NCBI RefSeq assembly: GCF_018977255.1
Contig: NW_024704742.1
Span: 130,140,001 to 130,204,000, forward strand
From: Callorhinchus milii
Lineage: Eukaryota
Reading direction: 5' to 3'
DNA: 64,000 nucleotides
Below the pieces are notes generated by a model that ran no database searches, was not told where the DNA came from, and saw nothing but the letters and a program-made list of their open reading frames with translations. Shown in pieces: positions 59,409 to 64,000 of the stretch. Each line of letters starts with the position of its first letter. The stretch's first letter is position 1. The translations under genes were made by a program, and so were the position numbers.

Positions 59409-62400
59409 CTACAAAAAAAACGTAAAATTAAGCTAAAATTAATGGGTTAAGTTTAGAAATACAGTACTGTTTATTAGCGACGATTGAGAAGTCACAGGAG
59501 GAACAGGGATTTGATCTACTCGTATAACTGTGTTGTAATTGAATAGAAATGCACAGTCTCTACATTTTACAGTATAAATCCTATCAGCATGCTTTGTCAA
59601 CACTATGTCAAACGCAAGGATTGTCATACTGTAGCTCTTTCTTAAAATCCCAGTGTGAGGTGGGGGAGAAGACTGGGTAACAGATTGTATCAGAGGGACT
59701 AGTCACAGGAGTGGTTCTTAGAACTCTGTGACGGTGTCTGAGGATAGACTTGTGTCACATCCAAACAACCACAGAGGGGGATCTACGGAGCACATTCGTT
59801 GAAAACACAACGAAAGCCTCTGTCTGGGCTCATGTGTCAAAAATTGACACTTGGGCGAGGTAGTAGAATAGCTAGGGAACATAAACAACAACAACAACAA
59901 CAACTTGCATTTATATAGGGGCAGTCTCTCGGAGCGCTTAACAGTGGCGGAGCCTGAATGGATGAACTAATGGCCTATATCCCAGTGCACTATAAGTAGA
60001 GGCAACCCTAGTTATAGGCAAACTAGGCAACTGCCTTGGGCAGCAGATTTCTGTGAGAAGCGATGTTGTTTTGAATGCTCGACCGACCAAATAGAGTCAG
60101 GCAGGGCTGCAGGGAGTTAAATTCATCTGTCTTAAGTTAAAGCTATTGAACTTCTAAGGGGTGATAGGAGGGGCGGAACATTGAGGTTTTCATGTGCTCC
60201 GGGACGCTACCCCACGTGAAGGGTGCTATATAAATGCAAGTTGTTGTTGTTTTTGCTGTAGGGTAGCAGATTGTCTTGAGTGGCTTCCGACTATAAGAGT
60301 CTGAGGTCTAGAGGCTGGGTTTCTGAGTACAGTACACTCTCTAGGTGTGCCTGGGAGGAAAGAACCACAATAGATTTTAATGCAAACAACATATGCTTGT
60401 AATTCCCCTCATCAGATTGGCAGAAGATGAAAAAGCAGTTGATGTCATGGAAAATCCCAGCAAAAAGAAAATTCTATCATTCATTTCGCCCACAAATATA
60501 GAGTCAATTCACTTTACAGTCTATTCTGTGAAGTGCTTTGAGACGTCTAGAAGACGTGAAAAGCACTATATCAAATGCAATTTATTATTATTATATTTGA
60601 CTCCCCATCGTTCAGCAAATTTGAATACTGTATACACTTGACAAAGGCCAAACCGTTTGAAAACCGTAATGGTCCAACTGCAATCTAATATATCTGGTTA
60701 AACTCCAGATGAACTCCATCTGAACAACATATGTGGTCCCCAAGCTATTTGGGAAATCGGAAAATTTCTGAGCGACCCCAGGAATGGTACCCAAGCTCCC
60801 CTGTGAAAGTGGCTCCCGATTTAAAAAGAAATACATAGGCAGTTGGCGAGGGTTAGAGGGGGCTCAGCACCCCCATCTTCCCCCTACACACACTCCCAAA
60901 TCTACCAGCTTTTTCCATGAAAACCCTGAGTCCTTTCAGGGAGACAGTCTGCCCCTGTCCCTCAACTCTTAGCCAATCTGTGCCTAAACTTTCTGAGCTT
61001 TGATAAGCAGGGTACTGGCTCTGGGGGAACATGCTACGCTCCACACCGGACAGATATAATTTGGAGTCCTGTAGCTCAGTGGTTAGAGCACTCGCTTTGC
61101 AAGTGAGAGACCTGAGTTCAATTCCAGACAGGGCGAAACCTTGGGCAAGTTTCCTTCTCCACACGTCTAATAATAATCCCTCCAAAACAAAAAACAATAA
61201 TAAATTGGTCATTTTCAATCTACGACTGTTTGTGGGACACTGCTGTGCGCAATTGGCTGCCGCGTTCGCCCACAAATATACAGTCAATTCACTTTACAGT
61301 GTGTTCTGTGAAGTGCTTTGGGACGTCCTCCCGACGTGAAAAGCGCTATATCAAATGCAAGGATTATTATTATTATATAATTCTAGTTTCATTCTAGTTT
61401 ATCTAGTTCATTGTATTTTCATAAATATATTTGAAACTCTCAATAGTTTGGTTTGGTTATTCTTAAAATGGGTTTCCACATATGTCAAACACACGTCTGA
61501 CCCCAAAAAATTACATGATCTAATTATCAATGTTGCTAGATAATAGAAGCTGCAAAGACACTTGAAACAACGTATAAAGACTATAATCTAATACTATTGT
61601 TTGAATAAGAGTTTCATTGCATATTAACATCACTAAACTTTGCCCTCGATTTTATGATCACATCTTCACATGGAATCCCAAAGCGTAGTGGTAAGTAGGA
61701 ACCCGGCTGTTAGTTGATTGGCGGATTGCTTACTAGTGGTAATAAACCCTCAAAAACATTTTGGTCATTTAATCCACGACTGTTTGTGGCATATTGCTCT
61801 ATGGAATTAGTTGCTGAGTTTCATCCAAAAAATACACAATCAATTAACTTTACAGTATAATCTGTGAAGCACTTAGAGTCGGTCTCAACGACGTGATAAA
61901 GTGCTATATCAAATGCAAGGATTATTGTTATTATCATTATAATCTAATAGCATCGTTAATAAGAGTTTAATTGCACAATAATATCAATAAGCTTTGCTCT
62001 TCAATTTTATGATCACACTTTTATCCTCCCTGTTGCATTGCTGGGACCTGTTAATACAGCAGTTTTTCTACTTCTCTAAAGTAACGTACCCAGTTAGTGT
62101 TGTTCTGCGGCTGTGCTTTCTTGAACTGCATCAGACACTCGGCGATACTTTGGGACAGCAGTTCCACTTCTTTCTGCTCTACAGATGGAGTCATCACCCG
62201 ATCTGCTACACAAGATACAAATACAAGGAAAGCCACTAACCGCCCACAGCAATACTTTCTTGGTTCATTCAGTTCAGATGCAACTCTAGAAATTATCCGG
62301 GCACCATCTTCAACGCTTAAAAGATTCATTCCAGATATATCCTTGAGAATGGATTCTGAGATCTTAGAGATGACTTCCTCTAAACTTCCCATCTCTTTAC

Positions 62401-62557
62401 AGGAGGATTCAATAACTTGGCTTTTTCCCTGGCTATGATCCATTAAAAGCTTTGTCATATCACTGCATCGAGCCCGGATTTCATCATCAGACAAGTCGAC
62501 TGGGATGGAATGAAGCCCTTTCAGAATCTCTATCATTATCTGAGGTCGGGTAACCAT
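59343..62557 (-). CDS. Divergent Bcl-2-family protein with C-terminal tail anchor, 2 coding exons, 177 aa
   Basis: Exon 62557-62090 (Kozak GACATGG; ISRVASEL..CCGRLVAFLVFVSCVA BH1-like; W|GTACGT at the conserved BH2 intron position) plus exon 59408-59343 (TTTTTTTTGTAG|MNIAIASGFLFMFGTVLLKLL*). Confidence 0.75.
61063..61376 (+). mobile_element. tRNA-derived SINE, full length (young subfamily)
   Basis: Near-identical to the 37621 copy. Confidence 0.93.
62090..62557 (-). CDS. Bcl-2-like coding exon 1 (156 codons)
   Basis: Non-repeat helical ORF, BH1-like motif, phase-0 donor after Trp156. Confidence 0.8.
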
Positions 62558-62670
62558 GTCTTAGCTTTGTAACGTAGTTGCCTGAAGTGTGAATGATCCT
62601 TTGGTAGATTTTATTTGAACCCTGTTACTAACCCTGTTGATAACCATGCATATAACTCTTTATCATCCAT

Positions 62671-62769
62671 GGGGAGTTTCCACTGGATTTTTTTAGTTCC
62701 GTTTTCCATTTCAATAACTTTCCCCAGCCGATGCATTTTATTTCATAGCTCAGCACCCACTTTCACCTT
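62671..62769 (-). promoter_or_regulatory. NF-kB plus IRF/ISRE-like site cluster upstream of the Bcl-2-like gene
   Basis: GGGAGTTTCC 62672-62681 fits GGGRNNYYCC; minus GAAATGGAAA within 62695-62712; minus AAGGTGAAAGTG 62758-62769. Confidence 0.5.
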
Positions 62770-63479
62770 AACAAACCTCCGCTCAAAACAACACAGTGAG
62801 GAATGATATCTAATGGCCAAATGTATTGTGGTGACAGCACCACACCCAACTTCATATATCTTTCTGCTCATTGAGAATTGACACTGAAAACATGACCATA
62901 CATGGTTGCACACTCACCTTACTAAGCCAATCCAGAACCTTGGTATCTTGCTTGACCCTCAACTATCCTTTCTACCCCAGATCCGTGCCATAACTCACTC
63001 TGCCTTCCCCCAACTTCACAACATCACCCGGCTCTGCCACTGTCTCACACCACAGGCTGCCGAGACCCTAATTTTTCACATTGAAAGACAAAAAACTTTT
63101 CAAAAACCACTAAAATAAAAGTCACAATGACTCCTACTGTGTATATGAATGGCAAATGCTTGAGAGATCTCTTGTTTTGATGGTTCCCTGCAGTAAATTT
63201 GACTTCACTTTTAATAACCGATTTCCACACTGCTATCAGCGTTCTGTTTTCCCACGCCCCTATCAGTGTTCAGCATCTTTCCTGCCCATACAGGACACGC
63301 AGTCAGAGCCAGTGGTGTGGAACCTACTACCTGGTTTCTCTGCTGGGACTCAACACCGTCCCCACTTCTTCACAAAATGTGCAGCCAGGTATTGATAATT
63401 CAATTACAATTTACATGTTTATGTATATATATATATATAAATCCCTGTTACACTATATTCTGTGAAGCACTTTGAGACG

Positions 63480-64000
63480 TGCTCCCCCTTGGTGACATCA
63501 TCCTCAGACATGGTGTCAACTTCCACATGTATGCGGAAGACACCCAACTCTATCTTTCTGCTTCTATCCTCAATTCCAGGACCACTGCTGTCCTGACAGA
63601 CTGCCTGTCAGACATCAAGTCCTGGGTGAGGGCAAACTTCCTACAGTTGAATATGAACAAGACTGAGGCCCTCCTGATTGGCTCGCGCCAGCGCCTCAGC
63701 ACCTCAGGCTCTGGCACATCAACCTCCATGGTTGCACACTACAACTCACCAAGCCAGTCAGGAACCCAGGGGTCTTGTTCGACCCTCAACTGCCTTTTCT
63801 CCCCCCCATCCAAGCCATGACCCGCTCTGCCTTTCCTCACCTCCGTAACATCGCCCGACTCTGCCACTACCTCACCCCTCAGGCTCGACTATGCAAATGC
63901 CCTGCTTGTTGGCCTTCCCAACTCCTCCCTCCACAGGCTGCAGATAATCCAGAACTCTGCAGCCCATGTCCTCTCCCGCACCAAATTCCATCGCCCCCAT
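63480..64000 (+). mobile_element. L2 LINE RT fragment (runs off window)
   Basis: [24 protein letters not shown]..., same family as 51897-55612. Confidence 0.92.

Noticed and set aside
60612..60836. Possible middle exon of the Bcl-2-like gene
   Set aside because: Weak acceptor, no BH2-like residues and no clear donor
62051..62089. Bcl-2-like ORF as an intronless or viral-type gene ending VRYFREVEKLLY
   Set aside because: A donor at the family-conserved position and an in-phase TM exon explain the sequence better
62611..62736. 41-codon upstream ORF before the Bcl-2-like gene
   Set aside because: No recognisable similarity, and it overlaps the probable promoter sites, so it may not be transcribed

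Overview
Vertebrate genomic DNA, most likely a cartilaginous fish (holocephalan/elephant-shark-like, inferred from the L2 LINE and tRNA-derived SINE families). Four spliced protein-coding genes were reconstructed by hand from GT-AG sites and reading-frame phase. (1) CREB3/Luman-like ER-membrane bZIP factor (+, CDS 13831-24012, 9 coding exons, 465 aa) with a CpG-island promoter at about 9950-10400. (2) FAM166B/CIMIP2B (-, 36372-27731, 6 exons, 295 aa), whose last PYG-type repeat appears to have been replaced through a 1-nt frameshift. (3) FAM221B (-, 47845-39062, 6 exons, 326 aa). (4) A highly divergent, tail-anchored Bcl-2-family gene (-, 62557-59343, 177 aa) with an NF-kB/IRF site cluster upstream and a relic second transmembrane exon downstream. 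Also present: a tRNA-Ala(CGC) gene, a probable non-coding first exon of a divergently transcribed gene near 1071, a near full-length single-ORF L2 LINE (51897-55612) nested in an older SINE, many SINE/L2/CR1 fragments, a Tigger-like MITE, Penelope-type palindromic repeats with decayed hammerhead motifs, and an unusual non-L2/non-CR1 LINE family. Orthologue comparisons rely on recalled motifs, not on database searches.
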